Below, piece after piece: positions 1 to 14,200 of a DNA stretch of 64,000 nucleotides. The stretch comes from the human T2T-CHM13v2.0 reference genome, Homo sapiens. Location: contig CP068257.2 of NCBI GenBank assembly GCA_009914755.4, positions 7,360,001 through 7,424,000 on the forward strand, read 5' to 3'. The position numbers and the translations under genes are program-made. Under the pieces are notes generated by a model that worked only from the letters and a program-made list of their open reading frames with translations, ran no database searches and was not told where the DNA came from. The stretch's first letter is position 1; the number at the start of each line of letters is the position of its first letter.

Positions 1-2233
1 AATGGAATGGAATGGAATCAAACCAAGTGGAAAGGAATGGAATGGAATGGAGTGGAATGGAAAGGAATTGAATGGAATGGAATAGAATGGAATGGAATGG
101 AATGGAATCAATCGGAATGGAATGGAATGGAAAGGAATGGAATGCTATGGAATCAACCCGAGTGTAATGTAAATGAATGGAATGGAATGGAATGGAATTG
201 AAAGGAATGGAATGGAATGGAATAGAATGGAATCAACCTGAATGGGATGGAAAGGAATGGAATGGAATGGAATGGAATGCTATGGAATCAACCCGAGTGT
301 AATGGAAATGAAAGGAATGGAATGGAATGGAAAGGAATGGAATGGAATGGAATCAACCCAAGTGCAATGGAATGGAATAGAATGCAGCGGAATCAACCCG
401 AGTGGAATAGAATAGAAAGGCATGCAATGGAATGGAATGGAAAGCAACAGAATGGAATCAACCCGACTGCAATGGAATGGAATGGAAAGGAATGAAGGGA
501 ATGGAATGGAATTGAAAGGTATGGAATCAACCCGAATGGAATGGAATGGAATGGATTGGAGTGGAATGGAATGGAATGGAGTGGAATGGAAAGCAATGCA
601 ATGGAATGGAATGGATTAGAATGGAATGGAAAGGAATGGAATTGAAAGGCATGGAATGAACCCGAATTCAATGGAATGGAATGGAATGGAATGGAATGGA
701 ATGGAATGGAATAGAATCAAATCGAGTGGAATGGAATGTAATGGAATTGGGTGGAATGGAATGGAATTGAATGGAATGCAATGGAATGGAATGGAATGGA
801 ATCAACACGAATGGAATGGAATGGAATGGCATGGAATCAACCCGATTGGAATGGAATGGTATGGAATTCAATGGAATGGAATGGAATGCAATGGTATGGA
901 ATCAACCCGAGTGGAACATTATCGAATGCAATGGAATGGAACGGAATGGAATGGAATAAAATGTAATGGAATGGAATGGAATCAACCGGAGTGGAATGGA
1001 ATGGAATGCAGTGGAATGGAATATGATGGAATTGAATGGAATTAAATGGAAAGGAACGGAATGGAATCAACACGAGTGGAATGGAATGGAATGGAATGGA
1101 ATGGAATCAACAAGAGTGGAATGGAATGGAATGGAATGGAATGCAATGGAATGAAACGTAATATAATGGAATGGAATGGAAACATCCCGAGTGGAATGGA
1201 ATGTTATGGAATGCAATGGAACGGAATGTAGCAGAACGGAATGGAATGGAACGGAGTAGAAAGAATCAGAGAGGAATTGAATGGAGAGGAATAGATTGGA
1301 ATGGAATGCAATGGATTCAATGCTAGTTGAACATCATGGATTGGAAAGGAATGGAATGGAATGGAATGGAGTGGAATGGAATGGAATAGAATCAACTTGA
1401 GTGGAAGGGAATGTAATGGAATGGAGTGGAATGGAATGGAGTGGAATGGAATGGAATGGAATAGAATGGAATGGAATGGATTGGAATGGAGTGGAATGGA
1501 ATGGAATGGAATGGAATGGAATGGAATGGAATGGAATGGAATCATCCCGAGTGGAATGGAATGGTATGGAATGCAATTGAATGGAATGGAACAGAACGGA
1601 AAGGAGTGCAATGGAATAGATGGAATCCGAGAGGAATTGACTGGAGTGGAATGGATTGGAATGGAATGCAAGGGATTCAACCCAATTGAATGTCATGGAT
1701 TGGAAAGGAGTGGAATGGAATGGAATGGAAAGGAGTGGAATGGAATGGAATGGAAACAACAAGAATGGAATGGAACGGAATGGAATGGAATGGAATGGAA
1801 TGGAATGGAATGGAATGGAATGGAATGGAAACAACACGAATGGAATGGAACGGAACGCAATGGAATGGAATGGGATCAACCCAAGCGCAATGGAATGGAA
1901 TAGTATGCAACGGAATGAACACGAGAGGAATGGAATAGAAAGGCATGCAATGCAATGGAATGGAAAGCAATGGAATGGAATCAAGCCGAATGGAATGGAA
2001 TCAAGCCGAATGGAATGGAATGGAATGGAAAGGAATGAATGGAACGGAATGGAATGCAAAGATATGGAATCAACCCGAGTGGAATGGAATGGAATGGAAT
2101 GGAATGGAGTGGAATGGAAGGCATTGCAATGGAATGGAATGGAATGGAATGTAACAGAACGGAATGGAATTGAATGGCACGGAATGAACACGAATGGAAT
2201 GGAATGGAATAGAATCAACTCGAGTGGAATGGA

Positions 2234-5200
2234 ATGGAATGGAATGGAGTGGAATGGAATGGAATTGAATGGAATGGAATGGAATGGAATGGAATGGAAT
2301 GGAATCAGCCTGAATGGAATGGAATGGAATGGAATGGAATGGAATGGCATGGAATCAAGCCGAGTGGAATGGAATGGAATGGAATTCAATGGAATGGAAT
2401 GGAATGGAATGGTATGGAATCAACACGAGTGGAATATTATCGAGTGGAATGGAATGGAACGGAATGGAATGGAATAAAATGTAATGGAATGGAGTGGAAT
2501 CAACCAGAGTGGAATGGAATGGAATGGAGTGGAATGGTATATAATGGAATGGAATGGAATTAAATAGAAAGGAACGGAATGGAATCAACACGAGTGGAAC
2601 GGAATGGAATGGAAAGGAATCAACCCGAGTGGAATGAAATGGAATGTAATGCAACGAAATGGAGCGGAATAAACCTGAGTCGAATGCAATGCAATGGAAT
2701 GGAAAGGAGTGGAATTGAATGGAATGGAATGGAATGGAATGGAATGGAATGGAACGGAATGGAATCCAATGGAATCAACTGGAATGGAATAGCATAGAAT
2801 GGAATGGAATGGAGTGGAATCAATCCGCGTGGAATGCAAGGGAATGCATGGAGTGGAATGGAATGCAATGGAGTGGAATGGAATGGAATGCAGTGGAATT
2901 TAATGGAATGGAATCATCCCGAATGGAATGGAACGGAATGGAATGGAATGAAATGAAATGGAACCAACCCAAATGGGATGGAATGGAATGGAATGGAATG
3001 GAATGGAATGGAATGGAATGGGATGGGATGGGATGGGATGGGATGGAATGGAATGGAATGGAATGGAATGGAATGGAATGGAATGGAATGCAATGGAATG
3101 CAATGGAATGCTATGGAATCAACCTGAGTATAAAGGAAATGCATGGAATGGAATGGAATGGAATGGAATGGAATCAACCCAAGTGCAATGGAATGGAATG
3201 GAATGCAACGGAATCAACCCGAGGGGAATGGAATGAAAAGGATTGGAATGAAATGGAATGGAAAGGAATGGAATGGAATCAATCCGAATGGAATGGAATG
3301 GAATGGAAAGGAATGAATGGAATGGAATGGAATGGAATGGAGTGGAATGGTATGGAATCAACCCGAGTGGAATGGAATGGACTGGAATGGAATAGAATGG
3401 AATGGAATGGAATGGAATGGAATGAATAGAATGGAATCAACTATAATGGAATGGAATGGAATGGAATGGAATGCTATGGAATCAACCCGAGGGTAATGGA
3501 AATGAATGGAATGGAATGGAATGGAATGGAATCAACCCAAGTGCAATGGAATGGAATAGAATGCAACGGAATCAACCCGAGTGGAATGGAATAGAAAGGC
3601 ATGCAACGGAATGGAATGGAAAGCAATGGAATGGAATAAACCCGAATGGAATGGAATGGAAAGGAGTGAAGGGAATGGAATGGAATGGAAAGGTATGGAA
3701 TCAGCCCGAGTTCAATGGAATGGAATGGAATGGAATGGAATGGAATGGAATGGAATGGAATGCAATGGAATGGAATGGAATGGAGTGCAATGGAAGACAA
3801 TGCAATGGAATGTAATGGAATGGAATGGAACAGAACGGAATGGAATTGAATGGCATGGAATGAACCCGAATGGAATGGAATGGAATGGAATGGAATGGAA
3901 TGGAATGGAATGGAATGGAATGGAATGGAATAGAATCAACACGAGTGGAATGGAATGTAATGGAATGGAGTGGAATGGAATGGAATTGAGTGGAATGGAA
4001 TGGAATGGAATGGAATGGAATGGATTGGAATAGAATCAACCTGAATGGAATGTAATGGAATGGAATGGCATGGAATCAACCCGAGAGGAAAGGAATGGAA
4101 TGGAATTCAATGGAATGGAATGGAATGGAATAGTATGGAATCAACCCGAGTGGAATATTATCGAATGGAATGGAATGGAACGGAATGGGTTGGAGTAAAA
4201 TGTAATGGAATGGAATGGAATCAACCGGAGTGGAATGGAATTATATGGAGTGGAATGGTATATAATGGAACGGAATGGAATTAAATGGAAAGGAATGGAA
4301 TGGAATCAACACGAGTGGAAGGGAATGCAATGTAATGGAATGGAATCAACCCGAGTGGAATGGAATGGAATGGAATGGAATGGAATGCAATGGAATGAAA
4401 CGGAATATAATGGAATGGAATGTAAACATCCCGAGTGGAATGGAATGGTATGGAAGGCAATGAAACGAAATGGAACAGAACGGAATGGAATGGAAAGGAA
4501 TAGATTGAATCAGAGAGGAATTGAATGGAGAGGAATGGATTGGAATGGAATGCAATGGATTCAACCCTAGTTGAATGTCATGGATTGGAAAGGAATGCAA
4601 TGGAATGGAATGGAATGGAGTGGAATGGAATGGAGTGCAATCAACACGAATGGAATGGAACGGAATGGAATGAAATGGAATGGAATAGGAAACAACGCGA
4701 ATAGAATGGAACGGAATGGAATGGAATGCCGTGGAATGGAATGGAATGGAATGAAATAAACAGGAATAGAATGGAACGGAATGGAATGGAATGGAATGGA
4801 ATGGAATGGAGTGAAATGGAAAGGAACGGAATGGAATTAACACAAGTGGAATTGAATGGAATGGAAAGGAATCAACCCGAGTGGAATGAAATGGAATGTA
4901 ATGAAATGGAATGGAGCGGAATCAACCTGAGTGGAATGGAATGGAATGGAATGGAATGGAATGGAATGGAATGGAATGCAATGGAATGGAATGGAATGGA
5001 ATCAACCCGAATGGAATGGAACGGAATGGAATGGAATGGAATGGAATGGAATGCAATGGAATGGAATGGAATGGAATCAACCCGAATGGAATGGAATGGA
5101 AAGGAATGGAAAGGAATGGAATGGAATGGAATAGAATGGAATGGAATCATCCCGAGTGGAATGGAATGGTATGGAATGCAATGGAATGGAATGGAACAGA

Positions 5201-8200
5201 ATGGAAAGGATTGGAATGGAATAGATTGAATCCGAGAGGAATTGACTGGAGTGGAATGGATTGGAATGGAATGCAAGAGATTCAACCCAATTGAATGTCA
5301 TGGATTGGAAAGGAGTGGAATGGAATGGAATGGAAAGGAGTGGAATGGAATGGAATGGAATCAACACGAATGGAATGTAACGGAATGGAATGGAATGGAA
5401 TGGAATGGAAACAATACGAATGGAATGGAAGGGAATGGAATGGAATTAAATGCTGTGGAATGGAATGGAATGGAATGAAATAAACAGGAATAGAATGGAA
5501 CGGAATGGAATGGAAAGGAATGGAATGGAATGAAATGGAAAGAAACGGAATGGAATTAACCCGACTGGAACGGAATGGAATGGAAAGGAATCAATCCGAG
5601 TGGAATGAAATGGAATATAATGCAATGGAATGGAGCGGAAACAACCTGAGTCGAATGCAATGGAATGGAATGGAAAGGAGTGGAATGGAATGGAATGGAA
5701 TGGAATGGAATGGAATGGAATCGAATCGAATGGAATGCTATGGAATCAAACCGAGTGGAATGGAATGGAATGGAATGGAGTGGAATGGAATGGAATTGAA
5801 TGGAGTGGAATGGAATGGAATGGAATGGAATAGAATGGAATGGATTGGAATGGAATGGAATGGATTGGAATAGAATGGAATGGAATCAACACGAATGTAA
5901 TGGAATGGAATGGAACGGAATTGAATGGAATGGAATGGAAAAAACACGAATAGAATGGAACGGAATGGAATGGAATGCTGTGGAATGGAATGGAATGGAA
6001 TGAAAGAAACACAAATAAAATGGAACGGAAGGGAATGGAATGGAATGGAATGGAATGGAATGGAATGGAGTGAAAAGGAAAGGAATGGAATGGAATTAAC
6101 CCAAGTGGAATTGAATGGAATGGAAAGGAATCAACCCGAGTGGAATGAAATGGAATGTAATGCAATGGAATGGAGCGGAATCAACCTGAGAGGAATGGAA
6201 TGGAATGGAATGGAATGGAATGGAATGGAATGGAATGGAATGCAATGGAATGGAATGGAATGGAATCAACCCGAATGGAATGGAAAGGAATGGAATGGAA
6301 AGGAATTGAATGCAATTGAATGGAATGGAATGGAATAGAATGGAATCAACCAGAATGGAATGGAATGGAATGGAATGGAATGGAACGGAACGGAATCATC
6401 CCGAGTGGAATGGAATGGTATGGAATGCAATGGAATGGAATGGAACAGAATGGAAAGGAATGGAATGGAATAGATTGAATCCGAGAGGAATTGACTGGAG
6501 TGGAATGGATTGGAATGGAATGCAAGTGATTCAACCCAGTTGAATGTCATGGATTGGAAAGGAGTGGAATGGAATGGAATGGAATGGAATGGAAAGGAGT
6601 GGAATGGAATGGAATGAAATCAATACGAATGGAATGGAACGGAATGGAATGGAATGGAATGGAATGGAATGGAATGGAAACAACACGAATGGAATGGAAA
6701 GGAACGGAATGGAATAGAATGCTGTGGAATGGAATGGAATGGAATGGAAAGAAATGGAATGGAATGGACCGGAATGGAATCCAATGGAATGAAGTGGAAT
6801 GGAATAGCATAGAATGGAATGGAATAGAATGGAATCAACCAGAACGGATTGGAATGGAAAGGAATGGAATGGAATGGAATGGAATGGAATGCTATCGAAT
6901 CAAGACGAGTGTAATGGTAATGAATGGAATGGAATGGAATGGAATGGAATGGAATGGAATGAAATGGAATCAACCCAAGTGCAATGGAATGGAATAGAAT
7001 GAAACGGAATCAACCCGAGTGGAATGGAATAGAAAGGCATGCAAAGGAATCGAATGGAAAGCAATGGAATGGGATCACCTCGACTGGAATGGAATGGAAT
7101 GGAAAGGAATGAAGGGAATGGAATGGAATGGAAAGGTATGGAATCAATCCGAGTCGAATGGAATGGAATGGAATGGAATGGAGTGGAATGGAACGGAATG
7201 GAATTGAATGGCATGGAATGAACCCGAAAGGAATGGAATGGAATGTAATGGAATGGAATGGAATAGAAACAACTCGAGTGCAATGGAATGTAATGGAATG
7301 GAGTGTAATGGAATGGAATGGAATGGAATGGAATGGAATGGAATCAACCCGAATGGAATGGAATAGAATGGAATGGAATGGAATGGAATTGAATCAACCT
7401 GAATGGAATGGAACGGAATGGAACGGAAAGGAATGGAATGGAATGGAATGGAATAGAATGGAATCAACCAGAATGGGATGGAATGGAACGGAATGGAATG
7501 GAATGGAATGTGATCCTATTGAATCAACCCGAGTGTAATGAAAATGAATGGAATGGAATGAAATGGATTGGAATGGAATGGAATGGAATCAACCCGAGTG
7601 GAATGGAATGGAATGGAATGGAGTGCAATGGAATTGAATTCAATGGAGTGGAATGGAATGGAATGGAATGGAATAGATTGGATTAGAATAGAATGGAGTG
7701 GAATCAACACAAATGGAATGGAATGGAATGGAATGGACTGGAATGGAATGGAAACAACACGAATAGAATGGAACGGAATGGAATGGAATGCTGTGGAATG
7801 GAATGGAATGGAATGAAATAAACACGAATAGAATGGAACGGAATGGAATGGAATGGAATGGAATGGAATGGAATGGAATGGAAAGGAATCAGCCAGAATG
7901 GAATGGAATGGAATGGTATGGAATCAACCCAAGTGGAATGGAAAGGAATGGAATGCAATGGAATGAAATGGAATATAATGGAATGGAATGGACCATCACG
8001 AGTGGAATGGAATGGTATGGAATGCAATGGAACGGAAGGGAACAGAACGGAATATAATGGAACTGAATAGATTGAATCAGACAGGTATTGAATGGAGAGG
8101 AATGGATTGGAATGGAATGAAATGGATTCAACCCTAGTTGAATGTCATGGATTGGAAAAGAATGGAATGGAATGGAATGGAATGGATTGGAATAGAATGG

Positions 8201-11200
8201 AGTGGAATCAACACGAATGTAATGGAATGGAATGGAATGGAAGGGAATTGAATGGAATGGAATGGAAACAACACGAATAGAATGGAACGGAATGGAATGG
8301 AATGCTGTGGAATGGAATGGAATGGAATGAAATAAACACAAATAGAATGGAATGGAATGGAATGGAATGGAATGGACTGTAATGGAAAGGAACGGACTGG
8401 AATTAACCCAAGTGTAATTGAATGGAATGGAAAGGAATCAACCCTAGTGGAATGAACTGGAATGTAATGCAATGGAATGGAGCAGAATCAACCTGAGGGG
8501 AATGGAATGGAATGGAATAGAATGGAATGGAATGGAATGGAATGGAATGGAATGGAATGGAATGGAATGCAATGGAATGGAATGGAATCAACCCGAATGG
8601 AAAGGAAAGGTATGGAATGGAAAGGAATGGAATGGAATGGAATGGAAAGGAATGGAATGGAATGGAAGAGAATGGAATCAACCAGAATGGAATGGAATGG
8701 AATGGAATGGAATCATCCCGAGAGGAATGGAATGGTATGGAATGCAATGGAATGGAATGGAACAGAAGGGAAAGGAATAGAATGGAATAGATTGAATCCG
8801 AGAGGAATTGACTGGAGTGGAATGGATTGGAAAGGAATGCAAGGGATTCAACCCAGTTGAATGTCATGGATTGGAAATGAGTGGAATGGAATGGAATGGA
8901 ATGGAAAGGAGTGGAATGGAATTGAATGGAATCAACACGAATGGAATGGAACGGAATGGAATGCAATGGAATGGAATGGAATGGAATACAATGGAATCAA
9001 CCAGAATGGAATGGAATGGAATGGAATGGAATGGAATGGAATGGAATGGAATGCTATGGAATCAACCCGAGTGTAATGGAAATGAAATGAATGGAATGGA
9101 ATGGAATGGAATGGAATGGAATAGAATGGAATCAACCCAAGTGCAACGGAATGGAATAGAATGCTATGGAATCAACCCGAGCGGAATGGAATAGAAAGGC
9201 ATGCAATGGAATGGAATGGAAAGCAATGGAATGGAATCAACCCGACTGGAATGGAAAGGAATGGAAAGTAATGAAGGGAATGGAATGGAATTGAAAGGTA
9301 TGGAATCAACCCGAGTGGAATGGAATGGAATGGAAGGGAATGGAATGGAATGGAGTGGAATGGAAGGCAATGCAATGGAATGGAATGGCATGGAATGGAA
9401 CTGAACGGAATGGAATTGAATGGCATAGAATGAACCCGAATGGAATGGAATGGAATGGAATGGAATGGAATGGAATATAATCAACTCGAGTGGAATGTAA
9501 TGGAATGGAATGGACCGGAATGGAATGGAATATAATCAACTCGAGTGGAATGGAATGGAATGGAATGGAGTGGAATGGAATGGAATTGAATGGAATGGAA
9601 TGGAATGGAATGGAATGGAATGGAATGGAATCAGCCTGAATGGAATGGAATGGAATGGAATGGAATGGAATGGAATCAGCCTGAATGGAATGGAATGGAA
9701 TGGAATGGAATGGAATGGAATGGCATGGAATCAAGCCGAGTGGAATGGAATGGAATGGAATTCAATGGAATGGAATGGAATGGAATGGTATGGAATCAAC
9801 ACGAGTGGAATATTATCGAGTGGAATGGAATGGAACGGAATGGAATGGAATAAAATGTAATGGAATGGAGTGGAATCAACCAGAGTGGAATGGAATGGAA
9901 TGGAGTGGAATGGTATATAATGGAATGGAATGGAATTAAATAGAAAGGAACGGAATGGAATCAACACGAGTGGAACGGAATGGAATGGAAAGGAATCAAC
10001 CCGAGTGGAATGAAATGGAATGTAATGCAACGAAATGGAGCGGAATAAACCTGAGTCGAATGCAATGCAATGGAATGGAAAGGAGTGGAATGGAATGGAA
10101 TGGAATGGAATGGAATGGAATGGAATGGAACGGAATGGAATCCAATGGAATCAACTGGAATGGAATAGCATAGAATGGAATGGAATGGAGTGGAATCAAT
10201 CCGCGTGGAATGCAAGGGAATGCATGGAGTGGAATGGAATGCAATGGAGTGGAATGGAATGGAATGCAGTGGAATTTAATGGAATGGAATCATCCCGAAT
10301 GGAATGGAACGGAATGGAATGGAATGAAATGAAATGGAACCAACACAAATGGGATGGAATGGAATGGAATGGAATGGAATGGAATGGGATGGAATGGAAT
10401 GGAATGGAATGGAATGGAATGGAATGGGATGGAATGGAATGGAATGGAATGGAATGGAATGGAATGCAATGGAATGCAATGGAATGCTATGGAATCAACC
10501 TGAGTATAAAGGAAATGCATGGAATGGAATGGAATGGAATGGAATGGAATGGAATCAACCCAAGTGCAATGGAATGGAATGGAATGCAACGGAATCAACC
10601 CGAGGGGAATGGAATGAAAAGGATTGGAATGAAATGGAATGGAAAGGAATGGAATGGAATCAATCCGAATGGAATGGAATGGAATGGAAAGGAATGAATG
10701 GAATGGAATGGAATGGAATGGAGTGGAATGGTATGGAATCAACCCGAGTGGAATGGAATGGACTGGAATGGAATAGAATGGAATGGAATGGAATGGAATG
10801 AATAGAATGGAATCAACTATAATGGAATGGAATGGAATGGAATGGAATGCTATGGAATCAACCCGAGGGTAATGGAAATGAATGGAATGGAATGGAATGG
10901 AATGGAATCAACCCAAGTGCAATGGAATGGAATAGAATGCAACGGAATCAACCCGAGTGGAATGGAATAGAAAGGCATGCAACGGAATGGAATGGAAAGC
11001 AATGGAATGGAATCAACCCGAATGGAATGGAATGGAAAGGAATGAAGGGAATGGAATGGAATGGAAAGGTATGGAATCAACCCGAGTTCAATGGAATGGA
11101 ATGGAATGGAATGGAATGGAATGCAATGGAATGGAATGGAATGGAGTGCAATGGAAGACAATGCAATGGAATGTAATGGAATGGAATGGAACAGAACGGA

Positions 11201-14200
11201 ATGGAATTGAATGGCATGGAATGAACCCGAATGGAATGGAATGGAATGGAATGGAATGGAATGGAATGGAATAGAATCAACACGAGTGGAATGGAATGTA
11301 ATGGAATGGAGTGGAATGGAATGGAATTGAGTGGAATGGAATGGAATGGAATGGAATGGAATGGATTGGAATAGAATCAACCTGAATGGAATGTAATGGA
11401 ATGGAATGGCATGGAATCAACCCGAGAGGAAAGGAATGGAATGGAATTCAATGGAATGGAATGGAATGGAATAGTATGAAATCAACCCGAGTGGAATATT
11501 ATCGAATGGAATGGAATGGAACGGAATGGGTTGGAATAAAATGTAATGGAATGGAATGGAATCAACCGGAGTGGAATGGAATTATATGGAGTGGAATGGT
11601 ATATGATGGAATGGAATGGAATTAAATGGAAAGGAATGGAATGGAATCAACACGAGTGGAAGGGAATGCAATGTAATGGAATGGAATCAACCCGAGTGGA
11701 ATGGAATGGAATGGAATGGAATGCAATGGAATGAAACGGAATATAATGGAATGGAATGGAAACATCCCGAGTGGAATGGAATGGTATGGAAGGCAATGAA
11801 ACGAAATGGAACAGAACGGAATGGAATGGAAAGGAATAGATTGAATCAGAGAGGAATTGAATGGAGAGGAATGGATTGGAATGGAATGCAATGGATTCAA
11901 CCCTAGTTGAATGTCATGGATTGGAAAGGAATGCAATGGAATGGAATGGAATGGAGTGGAATGGAATGGAGTGCAATCAACACGAATGGAATGGAACGGA
12001 ATGGAATGAAATGGAATGGAATAGGAAACAACGCGAATAGAATGGAACGGAATGGAATGGAATGCTGTGGAATGGAATGAAATGGAATGAAATAAACAGG
12101 AATAGAATGGAACGGAATGGAATGGAATGGAATGGAATGGAATGGAATGGAATGGAATGGAATGGAATGGAGTGAAATGGAAAGGAACGGAATGGAATTA
12201 ACACAAGTGGAATTGAATGGAATGGAAAGGAATCAACCCGAGTGGAATAAAATGGAATGTAATGAAATGGAATGGAGCGGAATCAACCTGAGTGGAATGG
12301 AATGGAATGGAATGGAATGGAATGGAATGGAATGGAATGCAATGGAATGGAATGGAATCAACCCGAATGGAATGGAACGGAATGGAATGGAATGGAATGG
12401 AATGGAATGGAATGCAATGGAATGGAATGGAATGGAATCAACCCGAATGGAATGGAATGGAAAGGAATGGAAAGGAATGGAATGGAATGGAATAGAATGG
12501 AATGGAATCATCCCGAGTGGAATGGAATGGTATGGAATGCAATGGAATGGAATGGAACAGAATGGAAAGGATTGGAATGGAATAGATTGAATCCGAGAGG
12601 AATTGACTGGAGTGGAATGGATTGGAATGGAATGCAAGGGATTCAACCCAATTGAATGTCATGGATTGGAAAGGAGTAGAATGGAATGGAATGGAAAGGA
12701 GTGGAATGGAATGGAATGGAATCAACACGAATGGAATGTAACAGAATGGAATGGAATGGAATGGAATGGAAACAATACGAATGGAATGGAAGGGAATGGA
12801 ATGGAATTAAATGCTGTGGAATGGAATGGAATGGAATGAAATAAACACGAATAGAATGGAACGGAATGGAATGGAAAGGAATGGAATGGAATGAAATGGA
12901 AAGAAACGGAATGGAATTAACCCGACTGGAACGGAATGGAATGGAAAGGAATCAATCCGAGTGGAATGAAATGGAATATAATGCAATGGAATGGAGCGGA
13001 AACAACCTGAGTCGAATGCAATGGAATGGAATGGAAAGGAGTGGAATGGAATGGAATGGAATGGAATGGAATGGAATGGAATCGAATGGAATGCTATGGA
13101 ATCAAACCGAGTGGAATGGAATGGAATGGAATGGAGTGGAATGGAATGGAATTGAATGGAGTGGAATGGAATGGAATGGAATGGAATAGAATGGAATGGA
13201 TTGGAATGGAATGCAATGGATTGGAATAGAATGGAGTGGAATCAACACGAATGTAATGGAATGGAATGGAACGGAATTGAATGGAATGGAATGGAAAAAA
13301 CACGAATAGAATGGAACGGAATGGAATGGAATGCTGTGGAATGGAATGGAATGGAATGAAAGAAACACAAATAGAATGGAACGGAATGGAATGGAATGGA
13401 ATGGAATGGAATGGAATGGAATGGAGTGAAAAGGAAAGGAATGGAATGGAATTAACCCAAGTGGAATTGAATGGAATGGAAAGGAATCAACCCGAGTGGA
13501 ATGAAATGGAATGTAATGCAATGGAATGGAGCGGAATCAACCTGAGAGGAATGGAATGGAATGGAATGGAATGGAATGGAATGGAATGGAATGGAATGGA
13601 ATGCAATGGAATGGAATGGAATGGAATCAACCCGAATGGAATGGAAAGGAATGGAATGGAAAGGAATTGAATGCAATGGAATGGAAAGGAATGGAATAGA
13701 ATGGAATCAACCAGAATGGAATGGAATGGAATGGAATGGAATGGAACGGAATGGAATCATCCCGAGTGGAATGGAATGGTATGGAATGCAATGGAATGGA
13801 ATGGAACAGAATGGAAAGGAATGGAATGGAATAGATTGAATCCGAGAGGAATTGACTGGAGTGGAATGGATTGGAATGGAATGCAAGTGATTCAACCCAG
13901 TTGAATGTCATGGATTGGAAAGGAGTGGAATGGAATGGAATGGAATGGAAAGGAGTGGAATGGAATGGAATGAAATCAATACGAATGGAATGGAACGGAA
14001 TGGAATGGAATGGAATGGAATGGAATGGAAAAAACACGAAAGGAATGGAAAGGAACGGAATGGAAAGGAATGGAATGGAATGGAATGGAATGGAATGGAA
14101 TGGAATGGAATGGAAACAACACGAATGGAATGGAAAGGAACGGAATGGAATAGAATGCTGTGGAATGGAATGGAATGGAATGGAAAGAAATGGAATGGAA